Positions 1 through 9,610 of a DNA stretch of 57,869 nucleotides are shown here, in pieces. Below the pieces are notes generated by a model. That model was not told where the DNA came from. It worked only from the letters and a program-made list of their open reading frames with translations, and did no database searches. Every line of letters starts with the position of its first letter. Within the stretch, counting starts at the first letter, position 1. The stretch is taken from assembly GCA_964499275.1 (NCBI GenBank), contig CAZCKO010000006.1, positions 1 through 57,869 of the forward strand, written 5' to 3'. This DNA is from an uncultured Rhodospirillaceae bacterium (GTDB lineage Bacteria > Pseudomonadota > Alphaproteobacteria > MPNO01 > UBA2964). A program made the translations under genes and the position numbers.

Positions 1-1158
1 CCCAACATTTGGATCATTTTGTATGGCAGATACCATATCAATGATCGTTTCCAGCTTCTGGTTCATAAAACCCGGAGCATCGAGTGGATTTGTTACTCGT
101 AAATCATCACCTAAAATTTCTCTAAACTTGGCCGTTGCCTCAGAAGAATAATCCGGCAATGGAACACCATGACGATCAGCAGCATCCAAAGACAAACCTC
201 GCACGCCACCCGAGTAAACCAAGACACCAATGTTATTTTTCTTTGGTAAACCAGCATTAACCAAGAGCTCGATTAAATCGATGGCCGCGTCGCCACTTTC
301 TACCCGAATAACCCCCGCATCGCCCGCCACAGCATCAAATGCCTCAATTGCTCCTGCCATTGAGCCTGTATGCGCCAATGCTGCCGCTCTTCCTCCAGCG
401 GAAACCCCCATCTTGAGTGCAACAACAGGCTTTCCGACGTCGCGTGCACGGCGGCAGGCTGCCAGAAAGTCCTTTGGCTGCCGAACAGATTCAATGAGAC
501 AAAAAACCAGTCTTACGTCAGGGTCATCAACAAAATAATTTATATAATCCGCCGTGGTCAGACCGACCTCATTCCCGCTTGTGACAATGTAGCCAACGTC
601 AATACCGCGATCAATTAGCGTCCGTCCGATGCCGGGCGTCGTGGTTCCACTTTGTCCTACCATGGCAACGGGACCCGTAACCAACTCTCGAATTCGGTCG
701 TCAGGAAGCGACAGTGACCTTCCTTTTGCTGATAAGCTGCCAAGGCAATTGGGACCGCATACCGCCATCTCAGTTTCTTCAATAACGCCGCGGAGCTCTT
801 TTTCTAATGCGACACCCCTATCTGTTCCGAGTTCGGAAAATCCTGCTGCATAAATGGTCGCACTGCGGGTGCCCATAGAAGCCGCCTCACGCAAAATTTC
901 ACTGACAGAAGCCGCCGCCCGCATAACAACAAGATGATCCGGAGCTTCAGGAAGATCCGACAGACCAGGATAACATGTCACTCCCCAAATTTTTTTTAAA
1001 CGAGGATTCACTGGCCAGACAGGCCCTTTAAATTTAAAGCGCTTGTAGTTAGCAAAAATACGCGCTGTCCAATCCATTGGGTTTTCTCGAGCACCAAGGA
1101 TTGCGACACTTTTGGGATTTAACAGGGCATCAACTTTACTCGTAGGCTCTCCTCCCAT
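1..1158 (-). CDS. acetate/acyl-CoA ligase (ADP-forming) family, CoA-binding domain protein; 3' end runs off the window
   Basis: Not in ORF track; manual translation from ATG at 1158: MGGEPTSKVDALLNPKSVAILGA...VWPVNP...AAGFSE...GPNCLG...GQSG...SGNE...AHTGSMAG...NPLD, the AcdA/SucD-like motifs; frame stays open to base 1. Confidence 0.88.
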   Translation of the reverse strand, partial: MGGEPTSKVDALLNPKSVAILGARENPMDWTARIFANYKRFKFKGPVWPVNPRLKKIWGVTCYPGLSDLPEAPDHLVVMRAAASVSEILREAASMGTRSATIYAAGFSELGTDRGVALEKELRGVIEETEMAVCGPNCLGSLSAKGRSLSLPDDRIRELVTGPVAMVGQSGTTTPGIGRTLIDRGIDVGYIVTSGNEVGLTTADYINYFVDDPDVRLVFCLIESVRQPKDFLAACRRARDVGKPVVALKMGVSAGGRAAALAHTGSMAGAIEAFDAVAGDAGVIRVESGDAAIDLIELLVNAGLPKKNNIGVLVYSGGVRGLSLDAADRHGVPLPDYSSEATAKFREILGDDLRVTNPLDAPGFMNQKLETIIDMVSAIQNDPNVG

Positions 1159-1306
1159 ATCTTTTCTTTCTTTTCTCTTCCTTCTTTAAACATTCTGCCC
1201 AGATATTCGCGCAGCCTTTACCTGTTTGCAACGGGTTGCCAGCCATTGACAGAATTTTAACCGGGCGTAGGGTAATATTTCAGGAAGAAACAATCCGGTT
1301 GAGAAC

Positions 1307-2488
1307 ATGCTAAATCCTTTGGCAAAAAAAGATATTGCCATAATTGGCTATGGTGAGGTCAAGAATGTACGTCGCTCGGGGCGTTCGACCTACGATGTTG
1401 CTGCCGAAGCAACTTCTCGGGTATTAGAATATACGGGCCTTAGTACCAAGGATATAGACGGTATGTCGACTGTCCTTCCATCCAGCGAGGCCGGCAATAA
1501 CTTTTGGTCCAACTACCTTGGGGATCATCTGGGATTACAAACTTCCTGGACCCAGACAACTGATATCGGTGGGGCATCTATGCCCGGGAATGTTGCTCGC
1601 GCCGCTGCTGCCATCCAGTCAGGCTATTGTGAAACTGTGCTATCCATTGCGGCCGCCGTCCCGACAACAAGACGGGTCGACGACCAACGTTCCTACAGAT
1701 CAGAATTTCGTAATCCAACCGGGATACAGGGTCCACCAGGTGCATTCGGGTTGATAATGCACCGTTACATGCATGAGTATAATTTAAAGTTTGAGGCTTT
1801 AGGCAAACTTGCCGTGGCGCAGCGAAATGGTGCGCTTGTGAATGACGTCGCTGTGGAAGGACTGCGCAAGCCAATAACAGTCGACGACTATCTAAATGCT
1901 CGCATGGTTTCAACTCCATTGCGTTTGCTGGATTCGGTGATGCCTTGCGATGGCGGAAACGCAATCATCATTACCTCAACTGATAGGGCCAAGAAATTAG
2001 GGCTTAAAAAAATTGCCCATCCAATTGCTTATGCGGAGCTTACGAACTTCAATATTCATGACCAGTTGCCAGATATTACAGAGACTGGGTTTGGTGTGGC
2101 AGGGCCACAAGCTCTCGAAAAAGCGGGCATGTCAACAAATGATATTGATATGTTCCACCCCTATGATGATTTCCTAATTGCTGAAATGCTGCAACTTGAA
2201 CAGATAGGGTTTTGCTCGCGCGGAGAGGGCTCTGACTATTTACTATCAACTGATATCTCGCCCACCGGGACATTACCAATTAACACAGGCGGCGGCCAAA
2301 TTTCGGCTGGTCAACCGGGATTAGCGGGGGGACAGCTCAATATAATTGAAGCATTACGTCAGCTGTTTGGTGAGGCAACTGACCGTCAAGTGCCTAACCC
2401 CTCCACCGCCATGTGCACCGGAATTGGCGTTATTCCATATGTCCGCAATTGGGGTACCAGCGCCGTACTCATTTTGGAGCGAGGATAA
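1307..2488 (+). CDS. thiolase-fold protein (SCP-x/Ltp2-like, non-canonical active site)
   Basis: IAIIGYGE, RLLDSVMPCDGG, YDDF and LPINTGGG motifs; stop overlaps start of the DUF35 gene (TAATG). Confidence 0.85.
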   Translation: MLNPLAKKDIAIIGYGEVKNVRRSGRSTYDVAAEATSRVLEYTGLSTKDIDGMSTVLPSSEAGNNFWSNYLGDHLGLQTSWTQTTDIGGASMPGNVARAAAAIQSGYCETVLSIAAAVPTTRRVDDQRSYRSEFRNPTGIQGPPGAFGLIMHRYMHEYNLKFEALGKLAVAQRNGALVNDVAVEGLRKPITVDDYLNARMVSTPLRLLDSVMPCDGGNAIIITSTDRAKKLGLKKIAHPIAYAELTNFNIHDQLPDITETGFGVAGPQALEKAGMSTNDIDMFHPYDDFLIAEMLQLEQIGFCSRGEGSDYLLSTDISPTGTLPINTGGGQISAGQPGLAGGQLNIIEALRQLFGEATDRQVPNPSTAMCTGIGVIPYVRNWGTSAVLILERG

Positions 2489-2904
2489 TGGTAGAACGTG
2501 ATAAAAAACCCCGCCCGGCGCCCACGCCAACTAATGTTACGCAGCCTTTTTGGGATGCCATTAATGAACACAAATTCCTCCTCCAGTATGATCCAGTCGC
2601 GGACAAATATCAGTTCTATCCGCGCGGTTTGAGTGTATATACAGGAAAACAAAATTTGGAGTGGCGAGAGGTTTCTGGAAAAGGGACTATTTATTCATAT
2701 ACTGAAACAGTGATTCCGGCGAGAGGTTTTGAAGGAGAAGAACCTTATTTGATCGCCGCTGTAAATCTTGAAGAAGGCGTGAGGATAATGAGCCTACTGC
2801 ACAACTGTCCTACCAAATGCGTCGAAATTGGTATGCCTGTTAGACTTTGTTGGGATAAAATAAATGTTGATTTCGAATATTTTGCTTTTGAACCGGACCA
2901 ATAA
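2488..2904 (+). CDS. DUF35 / ChsH2-like OB-fold protein
   Basis: PFWD, SGKGTIYSYT, PY..A.V.LEEGVR and IGMPV motifs; ATG at 2488 is coupled to the upstream stop (track start 2413 is too long). Confidence 0.85.
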   Translation: MVERDKKPRPAPTPTNVTQPFWDAINEHKFLLQYDPVADKYQFYPRGLSVYTGKQNLEWREVSGKGTIYSYTETVIPARGFEGEEPYLIAAVNLEEGVRIMSLLHNCPTKCVEIGMPVRLCWDKINVDFEYFAFEPDQ

Positions 2905-2910
2905 TCAACA

Positions 2911-4071
2911 ATGAGTTCATTAAGTTTTCTTGTAGATAGTCCGGAAGACGAAAAATTTCGGGCTAAAGTTCGCAACTGGTTGGCAGAAAACCTGCCGGAA
3001 AACCTTCGCGGCTGGTCAACCCGCCCGCCTAGAGACATGATCCAACCTTGGCACTTTAAACTATACGAACAGGGGTGGATTGCTCCTCACTGGCCCAAAG
3101 AATACGGGGGAATGGAGGCAAGCATCTCCGAACAGCTTATTCTCCAGGAGGAACTTGGCCATGCGGGAGCTCCGATTCTATCCCGTCAAGCGTTAGGGCA
3201 CATCGGACCTATCTTAATGCATCACGGCACCGACGCGCAAAGATCTGAGCACTTGCCCGGGATGCTCTCAGGGGAAGTAATGTGGTGTCAGGGTTACTCT
3301 GAACCAGGCGCTGGCTCTGACCTCGCAAGCCTTAAAACCCGGGGTGAGGTTGACGGCGAAGAAATTGTTATAAACGGCCAAAAAATATGGACCACAGGAG
3401 GCCACTTCGCCGACTGGATGTACGCCCTTATTCGGACCAACCCTGATGCCCCCAAGAAACAGGGTGGCATTTCAATGGTACTTATTGATTTAAAAACTTC
3501 AGGCATAACCATTCGCCCAATTAAAACGATCGCAGATGATGAAGAGTTCGCAGAGGTTTTTTTTGATGACGTTCGTATCCCGGTAAACAACCTGGTTGGT
3601 GAGTTCAACGAAGGCTGGTCGGTCGCAAAGGCACTCCTCGCATCCGAACGCATTGGGAATGCCAACCCTCAAATGGCTCTTCAATGTTTGGATAAGTTAC
3701 AGCGTGTCGCAAATGCAACGGGAGTAATGAATAACCCGGTTTTTAAGGATAAGGTTATTGGTCTTGAGCTAGATGTTCTAGCCCAGTCAGCGGTTTTTTC
3801 TCATGCTGTCCAGCAGGCCAAGGCAGGAATGAATATAGGGGCAGGCTCTTCCTTTATGAAGATTGTCGCTACGGAGAACATTCAACGCATCGCCGACTTA
3901 ATGTTTGAAGCAGCAGGAGGTCATGCAGCGGACGTGGAACCAATCGAAACAAAAGAGGGCTCTGTAGACGTCTCCGTCCTGTGGCGTGAGGTCCGGCGTA
4001 TAACAATTTATGCTGGATCTAGTGAAATCCAGCGCAATATCACTGCGAAACGGGTTCTCGGCCTACCCTGA
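2911..4071 (+). CDS. acyl-CoA dehydrogenase (FadE-like)
   Basis: WCQGYSEPGAGSDLASL, INGQKIWTT, TIYAGSSEIQRNI. Confidence 0.93.
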   Translation: MSSLSFLVDSPEDEKFRAKVRNWLAENLPENLRGWSTRPPRDMIQPWHFKLYEQGWIAPHWPKEYGGMEASISEQLILQEELGHAGAPILSRQALGHIGPILMHHGTDAQRSEHLPGMLSGEVMWCQGYSEPGAGSDLASLKTRGEVDGEEIVINGQKIWTTGGHFADWMYALIRTNPDAPKKQGGISMVLIDLKTSGITIRPIKTIADDEEFAEVFFDDVRIPVNNLVGEFNEGWSVAKALLASERIGNANPQMALQCLDKLQRVANATGVMNNPVFKDKVIGLELDVLAQSAVFSHAVQQAKAGMNIGAGSSFMKIVATENIQRIADLMFEAAGGHAADVEPIETKEGSVDVSVLWREVRRITIYAGSSEIQRNITAKRVLGLP

Positions 4072-4082
4072 GATTTTATGAG

Positions 4083-4925
4083 TCAATTTTTTGCATATTG
4101 CTGTTCCATAAAGACAGGCTCTTCGCGTGCGCCGTCAGCAGCAGCATCCGGATGAATATTGGGGTCCCACAATTTTCCAACAAATCGACAACCGTTAGCC
4201 GCGTCAGAACGATCAGAAACCAGCCAAACCGCAAGTGGGTCCATAATATCAACCGGCAGAAGTACTTTGCTAGGATCTTTCGGCCTGTTTGGATCAGCAT
4301 CTGCTGATCCTCCAGGTAATAGTGCGTTAACAGTAATTCCTGTTCCGTCAAGATCTCGAGCCCAGATCAGCGTCTCTGATTCTACCGCTGCCTTGGTAAC
4401 CCCATATGGTGAATTTTTCGGCCCCGAGAAGTTTCGCCTTGAAGTGGAAATATTGATTATTTTACCGGAACCTTTTTCACGAAAATGTTCAACAGCGGCC
4501 CGAGCCATAAAGAATGTCCCAATGACATTTACCTGCACCGTTTGCTGATAAATTTCCGGATCCGTCTCGTAAAAAGGTAGAGAGTTTCCCTGTGGCGGCA
4601 AACCTGGTCCCCGCATCAGCCTTCGGGCGTTATTAAAAACGACATCGCAACGCCCGAAAATCGTGAAGGCTTTTTTTACTGTATCGCGGCACTGATTAAG
4701 GTCTAAGATATCTGTCGTCGCTGCTATAGAATTCTCAGCTCCCACGGCTTCATTAAGTTCTGAAGAAGCCCGAATGCACCCCTCTTCATCAGTCGAGGCA
4801 ATTACCAAACGAGCCCCACACTGAGCCAATGCTTTGGCCATAGAAAACCCTAATCCCCTATCACCACCAGTCATAATTACAACTCGTCCACCAAGAGAAA
4901 GCTCGGGAATTGGAAAGGTAGGCAT
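4083..4925 (-). CDS. SDR family oxidoreductase
   Basis: TGGDRGLG, NNA and catalytic YGVTK. Confidence 0.9.
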   Translation of the reverse strand: MPTFPIPELSLGGRVVIMTGGDRGLGFSMAKALAQCGARLVIASTDEEGCIRASSELNEAVGAENSIAATTDILDLNQCRDTVKKAFTIFGRCDVVFNNARRLMRGPGLPPQGNSLPFYETDPEIYQQTVQVNVIGTFFMARAAVEHFREKGSGKIINISTSRRNFSGPKNSPYGVTKAAVESETLIWARDLDGTGITVNALLPGGSADADPNRPKDPSKVLLPVDIMDPLAVWLVSDRSDAANGCRFVGKLWDPNIHPDAAADGAREEPVFMEQQYAKN

Positions 4926-4926
4926 A

Positions 4927-5448
4927 TTAATTCGCTCCGTAGTTCATTTTAAGGGCATCACTTGCCCGCCTTTCTTCATCAACAACTAAACCATGTCCGA
5001 GTGTAATGCGGTTCATCATTGCAAAACGAGCGCAAACGATAATTGCTTCATGAAAAGACTGTTCATCCCAACCCGCGGCTAACACAGCATCGGCGTTAGC
5101 CTTGGTGATCCTAGAAGGTGTAAGTGTCAAAATTCTTACATATTCTAGAAGTGGTTTGAGTTCCTCTCGAACCGGCGCGCCATCAATGCTCTCTGCTAAA
5201 GGCTCGAAAACCCCCGGATCGGTTCCGAGGTTTACAGCAACACGGGAGTGACCCGCATAACAATACTCGGAATCATTCAGTTTAGATACATAAGCGGCAA
5301 TCATTTCTTTATCGGCTGCAGTTAACTTTCCCTCACGCCTCATAAAGGCACGGGAAAATTTTTGTAAACCCTTATGAGCCTCCGGGTTAAAGACTTCCCA
5401 TAACTTGCGGACACCAGCATCTGCTGGTAGTGATGGTAAAAACGGCAT
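4927..5448 (-). CDS. AhpD/carboxymuconolactone decarboxylase-like (peroxidase-related) protein
   Basis: EMIAAYVSKLNDSEYCYAGH and MMNRI motifs. Confidence 0.8.
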   Translation of the reverse strand: MPFLPSLPADAGVRKLWEVFNPEAHKGLQKFSRAFMRREGKLTAADKEMIAAYVSKLNDSEYCYAGHSRVAVNLGTDPGVFEPLAESIDGAPVREELKPLLEYVRILTLTPSRITKANADAVLAAGWDEQSFHEAIIVCARFAMMNRITLGHGLVVDEERRASDALKMNYGAN

Positions 5449-5473
5449 TAGATACCTCAGCTTATAATTAGTC

Positions 5474-6418
5474 CTAATTTCCTATTGAGCGCGAAGGGCT
5501 CCTAGATTGCAAGACGTTAGTCTCGCAGTTTCTTTGCTCCCCCAAGATGACAAGCGCTATCCCACCAAGAATTAGAACCAGACCGGCACCAAGGGTTATT
5601 GTCATTACTTCCCCTAAAAACATAACACTGGTTGTTAGGGCCACCATTGGTCCTCCGAGTAGACCAACCGACGTAGTTAACGCCCCCAGCCGTTGAATTG
5701 CTGATGCAATGGACCACAGTCCTAACGCGGTCCCGATAGCCCCGCCATAAAGGAGCAACCCGTATAATTCTATTGACCATATTGGGGTACGGTGGTCTTC
5801 AACCCATATTGAAAATGGTAGGGTTACAGCGGTAGCAAGGAGTAACTGCCATGGGCCAAGTTGTAGCGGCGTGAGATGCCATTTATGACCCCGCATTTGA
5901 AGTATTGCTATCGACCAAGAGATCGCGGCAAGGACACACATACCGCTTCCTAACCAGGCTCCCCTATCTGACCAGTTAAGTTCTAACGGATTAAACAAAA
6001 TTGCTAAACCGCTGAGACCCAGCACCACTCCACATGCTTTCATCACTGTCAACTTCTCTCGAAATATTAAAACTGCAGCCGGTGCAACCCATAGGGGTGT
6101 CGAGTAGCCAAGCAACGCGCCACGTCCTGCGGGAATGAATGTCATCGCTGTGTGAACGAGGGATACATAGAACCCCATCATGCAAAATCCGACGCTTAAA
6201 ATGGCGGGAAAATCCGATCGGGTAGGAAGTTTTAACTCCCCGCGCACTGCTAGTATGGCCATAAGTACGAGGGCGCCGAGGAAAACCCTTGCACTGGCGA
6301 ACCAAAGTGGAGGTAAATACTCCACGCCCATAGACATGACCGGCCACAACCAGCCATAAGAGAGAATTCCGGCAACTAGGATACAGAAGCCGGATTTTTG
6401 GCCCGTGGGAAACTTCAT
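5474..6418 (-). CDS. DMT/EamA family transporter
   Basis: About 10 hydrophobic segments in two EamA repeats (PPLWFA..R, TPLW, FLGE). Confidence 0.9.
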   Translation of the reverse strand: MKFPTGQKSGFCILVAGILSYGWLWPVMSMGVEYLPPLWFASARVFLGALVLMAILAVRGELKLPTRSDFPAILSVGFCMMGFYVSLVHTAMTFIPAGRGALLGYSTPLWVAPAAVLIFREKLTVMKACGVVLGLSGLAILFNPLELNWSDRGAWLGSGMCVLAAISWSIAILQMRGHKWHLTPLQLGPWQLLLATAVTLPFSIWVEDHRTPIWSIELYGLLLYGGAIGTALGLWSIASAIQRLGALTTSVGLLGGPMVALTTSVMFLGEVMTITLGAGLVLILGGIALVILGEQRNCETNVLQSRSPSRSIGN

Positions 6419-6655
6419 TTAATACCCAAGAAAATTTATAAAATCACTGAAACCTAAACAACCTAGTCAAACTGACTTAATCATTAAGGGTAAGCCATCC
6501 ACTTTCCACTATATTTAAGCTACCGAATAATGAAAATCTCACAGAAATATAGCGTAATCTCCATTCTTTTGAAGACATAGCGCTAATGGACCGTTATAAG
6601 ATGGTAAATTTTTCCGCGGCGAATGAAATAACAATCTTTTTGTAAAAGTAGCTAA

Positions 6656-8491
6656 ATGCCCCTACGAACTTGGCAACAAGACATCATCAATCAATTCCCA
6701 TCGATCGTTAAAGAACATCGACGATTTATTCTGAAGGCGCCGACAGGAGCTGGAAAAACTGTGCTCGCAAGTGAGCTTATTAAGCGCTTTTACCAGGACC
6801 AAAAAGTAATCGTTTTGTGCCACCGGTTGGTATTGCTAGAGCAACTCGAGGGGGCTTTGCGTGACGAACATAACGTCAGAAAATTAACCGTATCCGATAC
6901 GGGGCCCGCTTTCGAAGGCTATAATATCCTCCTTTCCACGAGCATGCGCGCCAAGGATGTATTGGCTGATGCCATCCCAAAAGCCGATTTAATTATCGTC
7001 GATGAAGCCCATCGCGTTTCGCCAAATGGTAAGGGCTACAAACGTATTCTCGATGATTTTAAAGAACATGGTAAAGATAAGGCCCAACTAATCGGGCTAA
7101 CCGCTTCACCCGAGCGGCGGACCGGTGACCAACGAGATCAATTAAATTTAGCCTTCGATGCTATTATTGACTGTGCTGACATTGAGAATTTGATTTCAGA
7201 GGGTGTGTTAGTTCCTCCAGTATACCGGACCCATTTTGTACATGACCTTGACCTGAGTGGAATCGATATCAGTTCTGGCGATTTTCCGGTCTCAAAACTG
7301 GCCCCCGCTATCGTCAAATCATCTATGATCGACTATGCAATGACCAGCTACGCCCAAGAGCGTGAGAAGGCAACACCGCGACCCATTTCCGCTTGGTTCT
7401 GCGCGGATATCAGTGTTGCGGAGGAGACGCTATTCCGTATACGCCAAGCTGACATTACAGCAGAAATTGTGACCGCAAAAACACCTATAAAGGAGCGCAT
7501 GAAGCTCCTAAAAGGCCATGAAACCGGTCAAGTAGAGGCTATGGTATCGGTGGGCGTGTTGGCAGAAGGTTGGGATAATCCTCACTGTAATATCATTGTC
7601 CATCTTAGACCAACCCTGTCAAAAGTACTTTGGGGCCAATCGGTTGGCCGTGGTCTCCGTTCTGCACCCAAAAAAGAAAAATGTGTAATTATTGACGTAA
7701 GTTCTAATTGGACGACCTTTGGTCCTGTTGAGAAACTGGAATGGAGCCTTTGGAGCCATCGAAAATCGTATATGCAGTTTACCAACCGTTTTAATTGGGT
7801 AGGCCAACAACAGGACGGTGAAGCAGGAAGAGATTCTTACCTACTTTGTGAAAATAAACTCTCTAATAAAACGCGTTGTTCTTACATATACAAAAAGAAT
7901 TTATATGAAGATGATACTTGCCCGGTATGCGGCACCTACGCGGCCATCGACATCTATAAAGAGCAAACTCAGGATGGTTCGTTAACGGAAAACCGTCTTC
8001 ACACACTTTTCTTCGACCGAGTTCCTAGAGTTTTCGATGAAATGAATCTTTCAGTATGGCGAAACCTTGGGGGTACTGCTTGGCGTACCGCCACGCCCAA
8101 AGAACAAGTTTTTCTAGCATTTTGTATGGCATTTGACGTTGTTTCCGGTGAAACAACTCGATCAGAATCGGATTATTGGGATATAGCGTTGAAAGCCGAA
8201 ACTAGGATCCGTGAATACCTTGTGGAAAATGAAATCCAAATTATCAAAAACGATGAATTTGATCTTTCCATTATTTCTGATGGTATGCTCACAGGTCGTG
8301 AAATAAGAACTGTCCAGGCCCATTACGGGATCCTGATCTGCGGAACTGCCTTCGAGGAACATGAATTAGATGAAAGCGAACGAAAATATCAAAAGGCCAT
8401 CAGAATTGCCGAACGTTTAGCCGTCATGGGATGTTCCAGCCAAGATAACCTGCCGTATTTTAATGCCTCAGAACATTTAGCATCGCTGTAA
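6656..8491 (+). CDS. superfamily 2 DEAH helicase (RadD/YejH/Res-like) with C-terminal Cys4 cluster
   Basis: LRTWQ, APTGAGKT, DEAH, GLTASP, LAEGWD, QSVGRGLR; later C..C..CPVC. Confidence 0.88.
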   Translation: MPLRTWQQDIINQFPSIVKEHRRFILKAPTGAGKTVLASELIKRFYQDQKVIVLCHRLVLLEQLEGALRDEHNVRKLTVSDTGPAFEGYNILLSTSMRAKDVLADAIPKADLIIVDEAHRVSPNGKGYKRILDDFKEHGKDKAQLIGLTASPERRTGDQRDQLNLAFDAIIDCADIENLISEGVLVPPVYRTHFVHDLDLSGIDISSGDFPVSKLAPAIVKSSMIDYAMTSYAQEREKATPRPISAWFCADISVAEETLFRIRQADITAEIVTAKTPIKERMKLLKGHETGQVEAMVSVGVLAEGWDNPHCNIIVHLRPTLSKVLWGQSVGRGLRSAPKKEKCVIIDVSSNWTTFGPVEKLEWSLWSHRKSYMQFTNRFNWVGQQQDGEAGRDSYLLCENKLSNKTRCSYIYKKNLYEDDTCPVCGTYAAIDIYKEQTQDGSLTENRLHTLFFDRVPRVFDEMNLSVWRNLGGTAWRTATPKEQVFLAFCMAFDVVSGETTRSESDYWDIALKAETRIREYLVENEIQIIKNDEFDLSIISDGMLTGREIRTVQAHYGILICGTAFEEHELDESERKYQKAIRIAERLAVMGCSSQDNLPYFNASEHLASL

Positions 8492-8547
8492 TTAACGATA
8501 AATAGCAAGCAGCCAATAGTTTTCTTTGCTAATATCACAAAAATAAA

Positions 8548-8576
8548 GGACCGCCGCCCCTTAGGAGCGGCGGCCC
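8548..8576 (-). terminator. intrinsic terminator of nrdAB (possibly bidirectional)
   Basis: GC-rich hairpin GGACCGCCGC...GCGGCGGCCC followed by a T-rich run on the minus strand, between convergent genes. Confidence 0.7.
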
Positions 8577-8620
8577 TGCTAATTGCTCCGGTGCCTACTC
8601 TAGAAAACTACTCTAAGCAA

Positions 8621-9583
8621 TCAGCTATCCCAAACCTCATCCCAACTTCCAAGTGTGGCCGCCTTAGAATACTCAGTCGCCCTATTTTCAAAGAAATTTG
8701 CGTGTTCAACGCCATTCAGGATTTCATCCAGCCAAGGAAGAGGATTTTTCTCAATACGGAATATAGGTTGCAGACCGAGCTGCGAGAGACGCCGATCAGC
8801 TATAAAGCGGATATAGTCCTTTACTTCTGCCGCCGTTAATCCCTCCGCTGGTCCAAGTTCAAATGCTAAATTGATAAAAGCATCTTCATGGTCAACTACG
8901 GTATTACAAGCGAGATAAATTTCGCGCTGTAATTCAGCAGTCCAAATTTCCGGGTTTTCCGATACAAAGGTACGAAATAATTTAATCATAGATTCACAGT
9001 GCAAGCTTTCATCGCGTACCGACCAAGAAACGATTTGTCCCATACCTTTCATTTTATTATGGCGTGGAAAATTTAGGAGGATTGCAAATGATGCGAAGAG
9101 CTGTAGACCTTCAGTAAACGCTGCAAATACTGCCAGAGTCATGGCAATATCCCTCTTACTCTCGCAGTTAAAACCCTGCATATAGTCGTATTTATCTTTC
9201 ATCTCCTTATATCGGAGAAACGCCTCATACTCTGTTTCTGGCATACCAATAGTGTCTAGAAGATAGGAATACGCCGCGATATGTACTGTTTCGATATTGG
9301 AAAACGCAGCCAACATCATTTGAACCTCAGTCGGTTTAAAGACTTGAGTGTAATGCTTCATATAACAATTATTGACCTCGATATCCGCTTGAGTAAAAAA
9401 GCGGAATATTTGTGTCAGCGTATGCCGTTCTTCTGCATGTAACTTATTATGCCAGTCTTTGACGTCATCCGCCAAAGGCACTTCCTCCGGGATCCAGTGG
9501 ACTCGCTGCTGCGTCAACCAAGCGTCATAACACCACGGATAGCGGAATGGCTTGTACACAATTTTTTCTTCCAACAGCGACAT
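8621..9583 (-). CDS. nrdB: class I ribonucleotide reductase beta subunit
   Basis: HWIPEEV, FFTQAD, ETVHIAAY, EGLQLFASF, RDESLH, NFFENRATEY; likely start MSLLEEK at 9583. Confidence 0.96.
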   Translation of the reverse strand: MSLLEEKIVYKPFRYPWCYDAWLTQQRVHWIPEEVPLADDVKDWHNKLHAEERHTLTQIFRFFTQADIEVNNCYMKHYTQVFKPTEVQMMLAAFSNIETVHIAAYSYLLDTIGMPETEYEAFLRYKEMKDKYDYMQGFNCESKRDIAMTLAVFAAFTEGLQLFASFAILLNFPRHNKMKGMGQIVSWSVRDESLHCESMIKLFRTFVSENPEIWTAELQREIYLACNTVVDHEDAFINLAFELGPAEGLTAAEVKDYIRFIADRRLSQLGLQPIFRIEKNPLPWLDEILNGVEHANFFENRATEYSKAATLGSWDEVWDS

Positions 9584-9610
9584 ATTACCTTTTCCTAGTA
9601 AAAATTGCAC

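Noticed and set aside
230-853. Short plus-strand ORFs
   Set aside because: Antisense shadows of the partial CoA ligase gene on the minus strand
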